Source: Acidimicrobiales bacterium
GTDB taxonomy: Bacteria > Actinomycetota > Acidimicrobiia > Acidimicrobiales > VFJN01
Direction of reading: 5' to 3'
NCBI GenBank assembly: GCA_045807565.1
Contig: JBJMHD010000125.1
Coordinates: 22,254-86,253 of the forward strand
Length of the DNA: 64,000 nt
In this document: piece after piece, positions 27,506 through 36,815 of the stretch
How the letters are laid out: the number at the start of each line of letters is the position of its first letter
Numbering within the stretch: the stretch's first letter is position 1
Position numbers and translations under genes: made by a program
The notes under the pieces: generated by a model
Database searches by the model: none
The model's input: the letters and a program-made list of their open reading frames with translations, nothing else
Told to the model about the DNA's origin: nothing

Positions 27506-29857
27506 ATGTTGCGAAGGCTCAACGTCCGGACGCGGCTGGTCGCGGTCATCCTGCTCCCCCTGGTGCTGCTCCTCGCCGTGACGGTGCCGGCCGTGCTCGA
27601 GCGCCGGGAACGAGCCGGGGACGCGAGCCAAGCCGCCGACATCACGACCGCGATCGACGACGTCGCCGCGGCGGCCGATGCCCTGCAGGGCGAGCGCACG
27701 GTCTCGGCGGCGCTGCGTGCCGGCGCTGGCCCGAGCGTGGCCCGTGCGCTGGACGACCAGCGCGCGACCACGGACGGCGCCGTCGAGCGCGCGTCCGTCG
27801 CGCTCGCCGCCCTCGCCGCGGACCACGACGGCTTGCGGGCCAGCGCGAGCGCGGCGGCCGGCCAGCTCGACGAGCTGGACCAGATCCGCGCCGAGATCGA
27901 CACCGCGGTCTCCGAGGTCCCCTGGAACGATCCCTTCGCCGGGATGATCGGTGCGCTCCTGCAGGTGCAGGAGGACGCGGCCGCCGTCACCGACGACCTC
28001 GGCGTGGGCGAAGGACTCTCCTCGGTCGCGCTGCTCGCCCGGATGAAGGACGCCACCGCCACCCAAGGGGCGCAGATGGCTGCGGCCACGACCTGGGGCG
28101 AGCTGCGGGGCGATCAGAACCGGATCCTCACCGGCCTCCGGGCCGACGAGGCCGCCTACCGCGCCGCCTACCTGGGCACCTCGCCCACCGCGGTCCGCGA
28201 CGAGCGGCGTGAGGAGCTCCTGACCCCGGAGGCGACGACCGCGGGTCGGATCGTGGACCGGGCCGTCAACGGGACCGACGTCCCGACATTGTCGAGCTGG
28301 CTCGACCTCAGCGACGCCCGCCAGGAGGCGCTGCGCGGCGTCGAGGCCGAGCGCGCCATCGGCGCGGGCGCCACCGCCGAGCTGGTGGCCTCGACCTCGA
28401 CCACGGCCAGCCAGGGGTACCTGCTCCTCGCCGGCGCGGGGTTGCTCGTGGCCTTCGCGCTGGCGCTCGCTGCGGCACGGTCGATCACCCGGCCGCTGCG
28501 CGAGCTCACCGTCGCCGCTGACCGCCTCGCCCAGGAACGGCTGCCCCAGCTCGTGGACGCGCTGCGCCACCCGGCCGACGACGACGAGCACTACCTGAGC
28601 GCAGCCATGGAGCCGATCGAGGTCCGCTCGGACGACGAGCTCGGACACCTGGCGGCAGCCTTCAACACGGTGCAGTCGGTGGCCGTCGACGTGGCGGCCG
28701 AGCAGGCGAGCCTGCTCAAGAAGGGCATCAGCGACCTGTACGTGAACCTGGCGCGCCGCAACCAGGCGCTCATCGACCGCCAGATCCAGCACCTCGACGA
28801 GCTGGAGCGCGAGGAGCAGGACCCCGAGGTCCTCGAGCACCTCTACCTCCTCGACCACCTCGCCACCCGGATGCGCCGCAACGCCGAGAGCCTCCTGATC
28901 CTCGCCGGCGCTGAGTCCGGGCCTCGTCGCGCCACGCCCGTGCCGCTCGTCGACGTCGTCCGCGCCGCGGTGAGCGAGGTGGAGGAGTACGAGCGGGTGG
29001 AGCTCGGTGGCCTCGCCGACGCGACCTTGCAGGGTCCGGCCGTGAGCGACGTGGCCCACCTCGTGTCGGAGCTCTTGGAGAACGCGACCCACTTCTCTCC
29101 GCCCGAGACCACCGTCCGCGTGGAGGGCTCGCGCACGGGCGGCAGCTACCAGCTGGTGGTCACCGACCGGGGCGTGGGCATGCGCGCCGAGCAGCTCGAC
29201 GACCTGAACGCGATCCTCCGTGACCCGCCCGTCACCGGTCTCGCCCTCGGGCGGTCGCTGGGCTGCCTGGTGGCGGCCCGCCTGGCGGCCCGCCACGGGA
29301 TCACGGTGCGCCTCCGGCCCGCGGAGGGGGAGGGGATCGCGGCGTACGTGATCGTGCCGCGCCACCTCCTGGCGATGGACGTCGCGGCGCCGCCCGACCC
29401 GGCACCCTCGGTCCCCACTCCGCGAGCGCTGGTCCCGCCCGCACCAGCGACGTCTCTGCCGGGGTCCCTCGCCGACGCGCTCCCACGGGCCGACTTCGAC
29501 GCGAGCCTCCAGGCGCTCCTCGCCTCGGAACCCGAGGCCGAGCTCGACGTGCGGTCGCCCGCCGTCGCTGACGCGGTCCCCGAGGCTGCGATGCCCGGGC
29601 CGTCGACCGACGGGCCCGAGCCGACGACGGTGGTGCCCGAGCCCACCCCACCGGAGCCCCCGTCGGCCTCGATGCCCGGCGCCTCCACGTTGACGCGCCG
29701 GATCCCGGGTGCGACGACGGAGGCGCTGCCCCCTCCGCGCATCGATCCGCCGGTGCGTCGCAGCCCCGACGAGGTCCGTGCCCTCCTGTCCCGCTACCGA
29801 TCCGGCCTGCAGGCCGGACGGACGTCCGATGACCCCTCTGAGGAGGTGACGCCATGA
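27506..29857 (+). CDS. cvnA: conservon sensor kinase-like protein (CvnA type: N-terminal sensing domain, HAMP, HATPase_c, Pro-rich tail)
   Basis: Start reset to ATG 27506 (MLRRLNVRTRLVAVILLPL). Second TM segment plus HAMP (ITRPLRELT), LYVNLARRNQALIDRQ, ATP-binding ELLENATHFSP / DRGVGM / GLALGRSLG. Confidence 0.85.
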   Translation: MLRRLNVRTRLVAVILLPLVLLLAVTVPAVLERRERAGDASQAADITTAIDDVAAAADALQGERTVSAALRAGAGPSVARALDDQRATTDGAVERASVALAALAADHDGLRASASAAAGQLDELDQIRAEIDTAVSEVPWNDPFAGMIGALLQVQEDAAAVTDDLGVGEGLSSVALLARMKDATATQGAQMAAATTWGELRGDQNRILTGLRADEAAYRAAYLGTSPTAVRDERREELLTPEATTAGRIVDRAVNGTDVPTLSSWLDLSDARQEALRGVEAERAIGAGATAELVASTSTTASQGYLLLAGAGLLVAFALALAAARSITRPLRELTVAADRLAQERLPQLVDALRHPADDDEHYLSAAMEPIEVRSDDELGHLAAAFNTVQSVAVDVAAEQASLLKKGISDLYVNLARRNQALIDRQIQHLDELEREEQDPEVLEHLYLLDHLATRMRRNAESLLILAGAESGPRRATPVPLVDVVRAAVSEVEEYERVELGGLADATLQGPAVSDVAHLVSELLENATHFSPPETTVRVEGSRTGGSYQLVVTDRGVGMRAEQLDDLNAILRDPPVTGLALGRSLGCLVAARLAARHGITVRLRPAEGEGIAAYVIVPRHLLAMDVAAPPDPAPSVPTPRALVPPAPATSLPGSLADALPRADFDASLQALLASEPEAELDVRSPAVADAVPEAAMPGPSTDGPEPTTVVPEPTPPEPPSASMPGASTLTRRIPGATTEALPPPRIDPPVRRSPDEVRALLSRYRSGLQAGRTSDDPSEEVTP

Positions 29858-30309
29858 CCGACCACGCCACGACCGGCGCCCACGGTGCCAACGAGCTCAG
29901 CTTCGAAGCACGGAACCTGAGCTGGTTGCTGAACGGCCTCGTCCGCAAGGTGCCCGGGATGACCGAGGCGGTGGTCCTGTCTGCGGACGGTCTGCCGATG
30001 GCGGTGTCCGAGGGCCTGGATCGCGAGTCGGCCGAGCGCTTCGCCGCCGTCGCCTCCGGTCTGATCGGCCTCGCCTACGGCGCGGCCGGCCGCTTCGGTG
30101 GCGGGCGGGTGAACGAGGTGATCGTCGAGATGGAGCACGCGTTCCTGTTCGTCACCGGCATCAGCGATGGCTCCGTCCTCGCTGCCGTGGCGGAGGGCGG
30201 TTGTGACATCGGGATGGTCGGCTACGAGATGGCGGTGTTCGTCGAGCGAGCGGGCTCCGTGCTCACGCCCGAGCTCCGCGCCGAGCTGCAGGGGGCGCTC
30301 CTGCGGTGA
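29854..30309 (+). CDS. cvnB: Roadblock/LC7 domain protein (CvnB type)
   Basis: ATGA overlap with cvnA. LSWLLNGLVRKVPG...AVVLSADGLPMA. Confidence 0.9.
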   Translation: MTDHATTGAHGANELSFEARNLSWLLNGLVRKVPGMTEAVVLSADGLPMAVSEGLDRESAERFAAVASGLIGLAYGAAGRFGGGRVNEVIVEMEHAFLFVTGISDGSVLAAVAEGGCDIGMVGYEMAVFVERAGSVLTPELRAELQGALLR

Positions 30310-30683
30310 GCGACGAGGGGATCGAGCTCGATGCGGCCGCTGAGCCGTCTCTGGTCCGGCCGTACGCGCTCGTCCGAGGGCGTACCCGCCGAGGCTCGGC
30401 CGCGCCCCTGCCCGTCGAGACCGTGATCCTCACGAAGCTGGCGGTCGACGCCGCCGGCCTCCAGCTCGAGCCGGCCGCGATCGTGCGGTTGTGCCGCCGC
30501 GCCCTCAGCGTGGCCGAGATCTCGGCGCGCCTGTCCTTGCCGGTCGGCGTCGTCCGGGTCCTCGTCGCCGACCTCGCTGCCGAGGGCTACGTGGAGGTGA
30601 ACCGCCCCGTGGACCCGCGGGCCGATGGAACCGTCGACCGGGTGCTGCTCGAACGCGTCCTCGCCGGGCTCGAGGCGCTGTAG
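30306..30683 (+). CDS. cvnC: DUF742 protein (CvnC type)
   Basis: GTGA overlap. LVRPYALVRGRTR and C-terminal wHTH-like SVAEISARLSLPVGVVRVLVADL. Confidence 0.9.
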   Translation: MSDEGIELDAAAEPSLVRPYALVRGRTRRGSAAPLPVETVILTKLAVDAAGLQLEPAAIVRLCRRALSVAEISARLSLPVGVVRVLVADLAAEGYVEVNRPVDPRADGTVDRVLLERVLAGLEAL

Positions 30684-30686
30684 GCC

Positions 30687-31268
30687 GTGACCTGGATCTC
30701 CGTGCCCGACCCCTTCGACGAGCGCGAGGGGGCGATGCCCGTGAAGCTCGTCGTGTGCGGCGGGTACGGCGCGGGCAAGACCACCTTCGTGGGCGCGATC
30801 TCCGAGATCGTCCCCATCACCACGGAGGCACCCCTCACCGAGCTCAGCATCGGCACCGACGAGGGTGCGGTGGCGACGAAGCTGGCGACGACGGTGGCGC
30901 TCGACTTCGGCCGGATCTCGCTCGACTCGAGCCTCGTGCTCTACCTGTTCGGCACACCAGGGCAGTCGCGGTTCCGCTTCGCGTGGGACGAGGTCACCCG
31001 TGGCGCCATCGGCGCCGTGATCCTCGCCGACAGCCGCCGCATCGACGATGCGTTCCCGTCCGTCGACTTCTGCGAGACGAGGGGGATCCCGTTCGTGGTC
31101 GCGCTGAACCGCTTCGACGGGGGGTTGGTGCACGAGCTCGATGACGTCCGCGCCGCGCTGGTGCTCGACGAGGATGTTCCGCTCCTCGCGATCGATGCCC
31201 GCTCCCGCGCCGATGCGAAGGGCGCGCTGATCGCGCTCGTGCTCCACGCATTGCGGTCCAGCCGCTGA
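30687..31268 (+). CDS. cvnD: small Ras/MglA-like GTPase (CvnD type)
   Basis: P-loop GGYGAGKTT, switch II FGTPGQSRF, NRFD (NKxD variant). Confidence 0.9.
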   Translation: MTWISVPDPFDEREGAMPVKLVVCGGYGAGKTTFVGAISEIVPITTEAPLTELSIGTDEGAVATKLATTVALDFGRISLDSSLVLYLFGTPGQSRFRFAWDEVTRGAIGAVILADSRRIDDAFPSVDFCETRGIPFVVALNRFDGGLVHELDDVRAALVLDEDVPLLAIDARSRADAKGALIALVLHALRSSR

Positions 31269-31279
31269 CGCACACCAAG

Positions 31280-32173
31280 ATGGCGGCCGTGCTGCCGGTC
31301 GTGATCCTCCACTGGAACCGACCGGAGCGCTGCCTCGGCACCGTCCGGCGCTTCCTCGACCAAGACGTCCCAGGTGGTGTACGGGTGGTGGTCGTGGACA
31401 ACGGCTCTGACGCCGACGCCGTCGCGACCGTCCGCAAGGGCCTGCCCCTCGGCGTCACCCTCCTCGAGCTGCCGCGCAACCGTGGGTTCGGCCCGGGGGC
31501 GAACGCGGGCTTCCGCCACCTCCTGGCCAACCCGGAGCGGGATGATGTCGGCTGGATCGGCCTCGCCCCGCACGATGCCGAACCGGCCCCGGGCTGCCTG
31601 GCTCGGATGCTCGACGAGGTCGCGCGCCGCCCCCGCGCCGGGCTCGCGTGCGCGGACTTCGGCGACGGCGCCACACCTGTCGTCGACCCGTACTTCGGCG
31701 GCATCCTCGCGCCCGCCACCGTTGCCGAGGGGTGGGAGCCGGCCGGGCACCCGCACGGCACCCTCCTGCTGGCCCGGCGAGACCTGCTCGTCGAGGTCGG
31801 GCTCTTCGACGAGCGGTACTTCGCCTACTGCGAGGAGGCCGACCTCGCGTTGCGGGCGGCCGACGCGGGTTGGGAGACGGGGCTCATCCGCGGCGCCATC
31901 GTCGTGAACCCCGACCTCGGGACGCGCGTGTCCGTGATCGACTACCTGCAGCTCCGCAACACGCTGCTCCTGGTGCGGGAGCACTCGGGCCGGTACCACG
32001 CGTCGATCCGGTTCCTGCTCGCGATCGGTCAGCTCGTCGGTGGCCTCGTGTCACCGGCTCGCCGAGGTCCGTACTGGGATCCGGCCGCTCGCGTGCAGGC
32101 GCTCGTCGATCACGCTCGAGGTCGCTACGGTGCCCCGCCGCTCGCGATCCAGAGACGCGCCTCGCGCGGCTAG
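31280..32173 (+). CDS. glycosyltransferase family 2
   Basis: 297 aa. VVILHWNR, VVVVDNGSDAD, NRGFGPGAN, EEADLALR. Starts 12 nt after cvnD. Confidence 0.85.
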   Translation: MAAVLPVVILHWNRPERCLGTVRRFLDQDVPGGVRVVVVDNGSDADAVATVRKGLPLGVTLLELPRNRGFGPGANAGFRHLLANPERDDVGWIGLAPHDAEPAPGCLARMLDEVARRPRAGLACADFGDGATPVVDPYFGGILAPATVAEGWEPAGHPHGTLLLARRDLLVEVGLFDERYFAYCEEADLALRAADAGWETGLIRGAIVVNPDLGTRVSVIDYLQLRNTLLLVREHSGRYHASIRFLLAIGQLVGGLVSPARRGPYWDPAARVQALVDHARGRYGAPPLAIQRRASRG

Positions 32174-32417
32174 CAGGACGCGTTGGGCGACCGAGGCGGT
32201 CGGTCCCTACGACTCGTGCTCGCGGTTCCGCTGACCGTGGCGTTTTCGCCCGATTCGCCGAGATCGCAACGGAAACGTCACATCTCCCCGGTATCCGATT
32301 CGCGGCGTTTGGGGGAAGGTGGACGGAGGCTGCCGAACGGCTAGCCACCCGGCACAGCCGGGCGATCACTGGGGCGATGCTTCGGGCGGGGGGGTCGGAT
32401 CCGAGGAGGGGACAGCT

Positions 32418-33323
32418 ATGCGTACACGACTGATGTTTGTCGTGGTCGCCCTGCTGCTCGCGTTTGGTGGAGCATCAGCAGCGGCGACGACGTCGAGCCA
32501 CGGCTCGCCTGAGACGGGCGACCACGGCGGCCCGAAGCACGGTGAGTGCGAGGACGGACAGGACAACGACCAGGACGGCCTCACCGACGCCGATGACCCG
32601 GCGTGCCAGCAGCCGGGTTGTCTGCCGTCGAGCCAGACGCCGCAGAAGTGCGACGAGGCTGACGTGAGCCCGGAGAACCCCGAGGCGGGGAACTGCGCAG
32701 ATGGGATCGACAACGACAACGACGGTCTCATCGACTCGGAGGATCCCGATTGCGGTGAAGCTCCCGAAGCGGGCAACTGCGCCAACGGCATCGACGACGA
32801 CGAGGACGGTGACATCGACAGTGCCGACAGCGACTGCCAAGGGGAGGACTGCGTCGTCGACGAGGTGAACACGTGCGACGAGTCGACGCCACCCGACACG
32901 GAGACGAGCTGTGACAACGGTGTCGACGACGACGGCGACGGCCTCGTCGACGAGGACGATCCGGACTGCCAGGGCAACACCGTGCCGGAGAACCCGGGCG
33001 CCGGGAACTGTGACGACGGCGTCGACAACGACGGTGACGGCCTCACCGACGCCGACGACCCGGACTGCCAGGCTCCGGTGGTCAACCTGTGCACCGGCGC
33101 GGCCGGTGACCCTGGGTTGCTCACCGACGACACCCTCGGGCAGACGTTGTACGACTCCGGGCTCGACGCGCTCAGCCCGTTGACGGAGGACCCGGAGCGC
33201 AACGGTGCCATCAGCGGCCCGTTGGGCGACGCGCTCACCGACACGCCGCTCGAGCCGATCGGCGACGAAGCATCCTGCGCCGTCGACCTGCTGCTGGACG
33301 AGGGGACCTTCCCCGACCTCTAG
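32418..33323 (+). CDS. secreted Cys/Asp-rich repeat protein (five C-x18-C, DGxDND-DG-type putative Ca2+/metal-binding modules)
   Basis: Start reset to ATG 32418 (RBS gaggagggg). Signal peptide MRTRLMFVVVALLLAFGGASAAA. Modules are C44-C63, C93-C112, C121-C140, C165-C184 and C198-C217. Confidence 0.8.
   Translation: MRTRLMFVVVALLLAFGGASAAATTSSHGSPETGDHGGPKHGECEDGQDNDQDGLTDADDPACQQPGCLPSSQTPQKCDEADVSPENPEAGNCADGIDNDNDGLIDSEDPDCGEAPEAGNCANGIDDDEDGDIDSADSDCQGEDCVVDEVNTCDESTPPDTETSCDNGVDDDGDGLVDEDDPDCQGNTVPENPGAGNCDDGVDNDGDGLTDADDPDCQAPVVNLCTGAAGDPGLLTDDTLGQTLYDSGLDALSPLTEDPERNGAISGPLGDALTDTPLEPIGDEASCAVDLLLDEGTFPDL
32547..33068 (+). repeat. intragenic tandem-like repeat encoding the C-x18-C modules
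   Basis: Modules 1 and 5 share gacggcctcaccgacgccga(t/c)gacccgg(cg/ac)tgccag (36 nt, 3 mismatches) at about 32574 and about 33036. Confidence 0.7.
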
Positions 33324-33337
33324 GCCGACGTCCGGCA

Positions 33338-33369
33338 GGGGAGGGGCGCCCCGTGGGGCGTCCCTCCCC
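33338..33369. terminator. bidirectional hairpin between convergent genes
   Basis: ggggaggggcgcccc gt ggggcgtccctcccc. 15-nt arms with one mismatch. Confidence 0.5.
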
Positions 33370-33379
33370 GCGCGCCGGA

Positions 33380-33643
33380 TCAGTGGTGGATCTCGCCCTC
33401 CTCAGCGGCGGCGATCTGGTACCGGACGCGCGTCAGGTACCAGGTGCAGATCAGGATCCCGCCGACGACGGTGAACGTGCCGAGCAGGATGGCCGCCATC
33501 CACACGACCTGACGGCGGCCGGCGAGCGCCCAGGCCCACTGGGGACGGCGCGCCACGTCGAGCAGCGCCCACAGCGTGAGGGCGAGCGGGAACGCGAACA
33601 CGCAGGCGACGACGAGGGCCCACGCCAGATCCCAGAGGTCCAC
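33380..33643 (-). CDS. small membrane protein with PLD-nuclease N-terminal (PLDc_N) type domain
   Basis: 87 aa from GTG 33643. Two TM helices with LWALLDVARRP...VVWMAAILLGTFTVVGGILICTWYL pattern. The remainder of listed ORF 33380..34051 is an artefact. Confidence 0.6.
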   Translation of the reverse strand: MDLWDLAWALVVACVFAFPLALTLWALLDVARRPQWAWALAGRRQVVWMAAILLGTFTVVGGILICTWYLTRVRYQIAAAEEGEIHH

Positions 33644-33680
33644 GGGGTCGGTTCTACCCGCGGGGCTACGGTCACGGCCC

Positions 33681-34460
33681 ATGCCGCGCCTCACCCAGCT
33701 CAGCCGCTCGATCGATGGCAAGGTCGCCGTCGTCACCGGAGCCGCCAGCGGCATGGGACGAGCGACGGCGCACCTGCTGGCCGACGAGGGCGCCGCCGTC
33801 GCGGTGCTCGATCGCACGCCCGACGCCCTGCAGGTCGTGGCCGACGACATCGCCGGCAACGGCGGGAGGGTGGCGGCCATCGACGTGGACCTCTCGGACG
33901 CGGCGGCGACCGACGACGCCATCGCCGCCGCCCGCGACGCGCTGGGACCGATCGACATCCTGATCAACAACGCCGGCGTGAGCCTCGGCGGACCCATCGA
34001 CCAAGACGGGTTCGGCGACGTGTGGGACACCACGCTGGCCATCAACCTCACCGCCTACACGCGAACGATCCGCGCCGCGCTGGAAGACCTCCGGCGGGAC
34101 GCCGCCGGGCGCATCGTGAACGTGGCGTCGACCGAGGGGCTCGGCGCGACAGCTCGGATCTCGCCGTACACCGCCTCGAAGCACGGTGTGGTGGGCCTCA
34201 CCCGGGCCCTGGCCGTGGAGCTCGGCCCCACGGGGGTCACGGTCAACTGCATCTGCCCCGGGCCGATCCGCACCGGGATGACCGAGCTCATCCCCGAGGA
34301 CGCCAAGGTGAAGTTCGCGCGCCGGCGCGTGCCGATGCGGCGCTACGGCGATCCCGAGGAGGTCGCCCAGATCACGCTGTCGCTCGTGCTCCCGGCGGCG
34401 TCGTTCATCACCGGCGCCGTGATCCCCGTGGACGGCGGCCTCACCGTGCAGAACACGTGA
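33681..34460 (+). CDS. short-chain dehydrogenase/reductase (FabG-like)
   Basis: Start reset to ATG 33681. VVTGAASGMGRA, NNAG, YTASKHGVVGLT. Confidence 0.9.
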   Translation: MPRLTQLSRSIDGKVAVVTGAASGMGRATAHLLADEGAAVAVLDRTPDALQVVADDIAGNGGRVAAIDVDLSDAAATDDAIAAARDALGPIDILINNAGVSLGGPIDQDGFGDVWDTTLAINLTAYTRTIRAALEDLRRDAAGRIVNVASTEGLGATARISPYTASKHGVVGLTRALAVELGPTGVTVNCICPGPIRTGMTELIPEDAKVKFARRRVPMRRYGDPEEVAQITLSLVLPAASFITGAVIPVDGGLTVQNT

Positions 34461-35485
34461 CGGTCCGCATCGGGTTCCTGGGCGCGGGCCTGATCGCCGG
34501 CTACCACGGCAAGATGCTCCACCGCTCGGGCACGGACCACGAGATCGCGGCCGTCTACGACATCGACCTGGAGCGCGCTGCGGCGTTCGGGCGCGCGTCG
34601 GGCGCCCAACCCACGGACAGCGAAGAGGCGGTGCTCGACGCCGTCGACGCGGTCTACGTGTGCACCTGGACGAGCGAGCACCCGCGCCTCGTGGCGGCCG
34701 CGGTGGACCGCGGCCTGCCGGTGTTCTGCGAGAAGCCGTTGGCCACCTCTCTCGCCGCCGCTCGTGACATGGCCGACAGGGTCGCGGCCACTGGCGTGGT
34801 GAACCAGGTCGGTCTGGTGCTGCGGAGCAGCCCCGCGTTCCTCGAGCTCAAGCACCAGATCGAGGACCCGCGCAGCGGTCGGATCCAGGCGGCGGTGCTG
34901 CGCGACGACCAGTTCCTGCCCGTGCAGGGGATGTACGGCTCGACCTGGCGGTCGGATCCGGACAAGGCCGGCGCCGGGACGATGCTCGAGCACTCGATCC
35001 ACGACCTGGACGCGCTCGAGTGGCTGCTCGGCCCGGTGGCGTCCCTGAGCGCTCGGTCGAGCACCTTCCACGGCAACCCTGGGATCGAGGACACCGTCGT
35101 CGTGGCGATGGAGCTCGTCGACGGCGCCCAGGTGAGCCTCGCCAGCGTGTGGCACCAGCTGCTCGAGCGGCCGAGCCTGCGGCGGCTCGAGGTCATCTGC
35201 GAGCACGCGTTCTTCACCCTCGAGCACGATGTGACGGGCCCGGTCACGTGGACCCGTCCCGGTGAGCAGGGCTCGGTCGAGGGCGGTGAGCTGTTCAGCG
35301 CGGTGGCGGAGCGGCACGACGGCCGATCGCCCAACCAGGACGCCGGGTTCGTGCACGCCGCCGCGTCGGGGATCCCGGGGCCCCACCCGGACTTCGCCAC
35401 CGCGCTGCGGGCCCACGTGGTGGTTGATGCGGTGTACCGGTCGGCGGCCGACGGCGGCGCGCCGGTGGACGTCAGGCCCGCCTGA
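34457..35485 (+). CDS. Gfo/Idh/MocA family oxidoreductase
   Basis: GTGA overlap with the SDR. IGFLGAGLIAGYH, VFCEKPLA (EKP motif). This is the C-terminal 342 aa of listed ORF 33353..35485. Confidence 0.85.
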   Translation: MTVRIGFLGAGLIAGYHGKMLHRSGTDHEIAAVYDIDLERAAAFGRASGAQPTDSEEAVLDAVDAVYVCTWTSEHPRLVAAAVDRGLPVFCEKPLATSLAAARDMADRVAATGVVNQVGLVLRSSPAFLELKHQIEDPRSGRIQAAVLRDDQFLPVQGMYGSTWRSDPDKAGAGTMLEHSIHDLDALEWLLGPVASLSARSSTFHGNPGIEDTVVVAMELVDGAQVSLASVWHQLLERPSLRRLEVICEHAFFTLEHDVTGPVTWTRPGEQGSVEGGELFSAVAERHDGRSPNQDAGFVHAAASGIPGPHPDFATALRAHVVVDAVYRSAADGGAPVDVRPA

Positions 35486-36128
35486 TCCGTCGTGACAGCC
35501 GGTCGGCGCCGGGATCGTCGAGGCCCGGCAGCTGCGGTTGCAGCGGCACGCCGAGCTTGGCGATCCGATCCATGACCAGGGCCTCGACCTCGGCCCAGCT
35601 CCGGGCGCGCGGACCGGGCAGCTCGCGGTTGTACGGGGCGTCGTACACGATCACGTGGTTGTCGGCGTCTCGCAGCGCGACGACGTTGTGCACGGCATCG
35701 TCCACGTACGTGTGCGCCTCCACCTCGGGCTTGGCGCCGAGGAAGCAGATGTCGCGGTAGGGGATCCCCGTGTCGTCGAGCCAGGCGACCGTGTCGGCCA
35801 CCGCCACCGCATGGCCCCAGTTGACGTAGAGGCGGTGGGTGATGATCCGGATCCAGACGCCGGCGTCCGAGAGGCGCCAGAGGCTCTCGGCCACGCCCGG
35901 CATCGCCGGCATGTGGCGGAACATGCGGTGCTCGAGGACGGCGAGGCGGTGGAGCCGGTCGAACTCCTCGGGACCGGCGATGCCCCACTCGGAGAAGTCC
36001 CAGGACCGGGTGAGGCTCAGCTCCGCGGGGTCGATCCCGCGATCCTCGGCCACCACCTGGCGGAAGGTCTCGGTGTAGTCCCCGCACACGCCGTCGAGGT
36101 CGACGCCGAGGATGAAGCCCTCGCCCAC
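35472..36128 (-). CDS. HAD-superfamily 5'(3')-nucleotidase-like phosphatase
   Basis: 218 aa. LGVDLDGVCGDY (DxDGV nucleophile motif), ITHR, VDDAVHNV. Confidence 0.7.
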   Translation of the reverse strand: MGEGFILGVDLDGVCGDYTETFRQVVAEDRGIDPAELSLTRSWDFSEWGIAGPEEFDRLHRLAVLEHRMFRHMPAMPGVAESLWRLSDAGVWIRIITHRLYVNWGHAVAVADTVAWLDDTGIPYRDICFLGAKPEVEAHTYVDDAVHNVVALRDADNHVIVYDAPYNRELPGPRARSWAEVEALVMDRIAKLGVPLQPQLPGLDDPGADRLSRRIRRA

Positions 36129-36131
36129 GAG

Positions 36132-36806
36132 CTACGGCGCGGCGCCGAGGAAGTCGAGGGCAGCGTCGATGCACCCGAAGTCCTTCGGCGTGGCGAAGTG
36201 GTCGACCCCGCGCAGCGTGACCAGCTCGGACTGGGGCAGGGCGTCGGCCAGCGGCTCTCCGGGGCCGGCGAAGTCCTTGTCGCCGATCACGACGAGCACG
36301 GGCAGGTCCACCCGCGCCAGCCGTTCCGGTGTGAGGACGGGCCGGGGCGAGCGCATGCAGGCCGACAGCGCCTCGCGATCGACCTCCGGGTGCTGGGCGA
36401 GGCCGGCGAAGTACTGCACCACGGGGTTGGTCGGGTCGCCATCGCCCTCGATCGCCTTCACGATCAGGTCGCTGCCCTCGGATCGCAGCAGGTTGGCGCC
36501 CACCCCCGTGAGCACCAGGCGGCTGAAGCGCTCGGGGTGGTCGCTGGCCAGCGTGACGAGCACGCGCGCGCCGAGGCTGAAGCCGATGCCGTCGACCGGC
36601 TCGCCGGGCAGCTGGGCGAGCACCAGCTCCTCCATGGCGGCGTACGCCTCGGGGTCGTGCGGCTTCTCGGCGTTGCCGTGGCCGAGGAGGTCGATGGCCA
36701 GCGGCACCCGGCCGACGTCGCCCAGGAGGTCGAGCCAGCCGTTGTCGCCCCAGGTGCGCGCGCTCGACGTGGCGAAGCCGTGGAGCAGGACGACGGGAGC
36801 GCTCAT
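36132..36806 (-). CDS. alpha/beta hydrolase
   Basis: 224 aa. VLLHGFA, GFSLGA (GxSxG), DHF. Confidence 0.8.
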   Translation of the reverse strand: MSAPVVLLHGFATSSARTWGDNGWLDLLGDVGRVPLAIDLLGHGNAEKPHDPEAYAAMEELVLAQLPGEPVDGIGFSLGARVLVTLASDHPERFSRLVLTGVGANLLRSEGSDLIVKAIEGDGDPTNPVVQYFAGLAQHPEVDREALSACMRSPRPVLTPERLARVDLPVLVVIGDKDFAGPGEPLADALPQSELVTLRGVDHFATPKDFGCIDAALDFLGAAP

Positions 36807-36815
36807 GGCGGGACC

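Noticed and set aside
32418-33323. Annotating the Cys/Asp repeat protein as a MopE copper protein or a thrombospondin homologue
   Set aside because: The similarity is only to short Asp-rich loops. The central Cys pair of the MopE-type motif and the TSP3 spacing are not reproduced, so only a generic metal/Ca2+-binding repeat call is justified.
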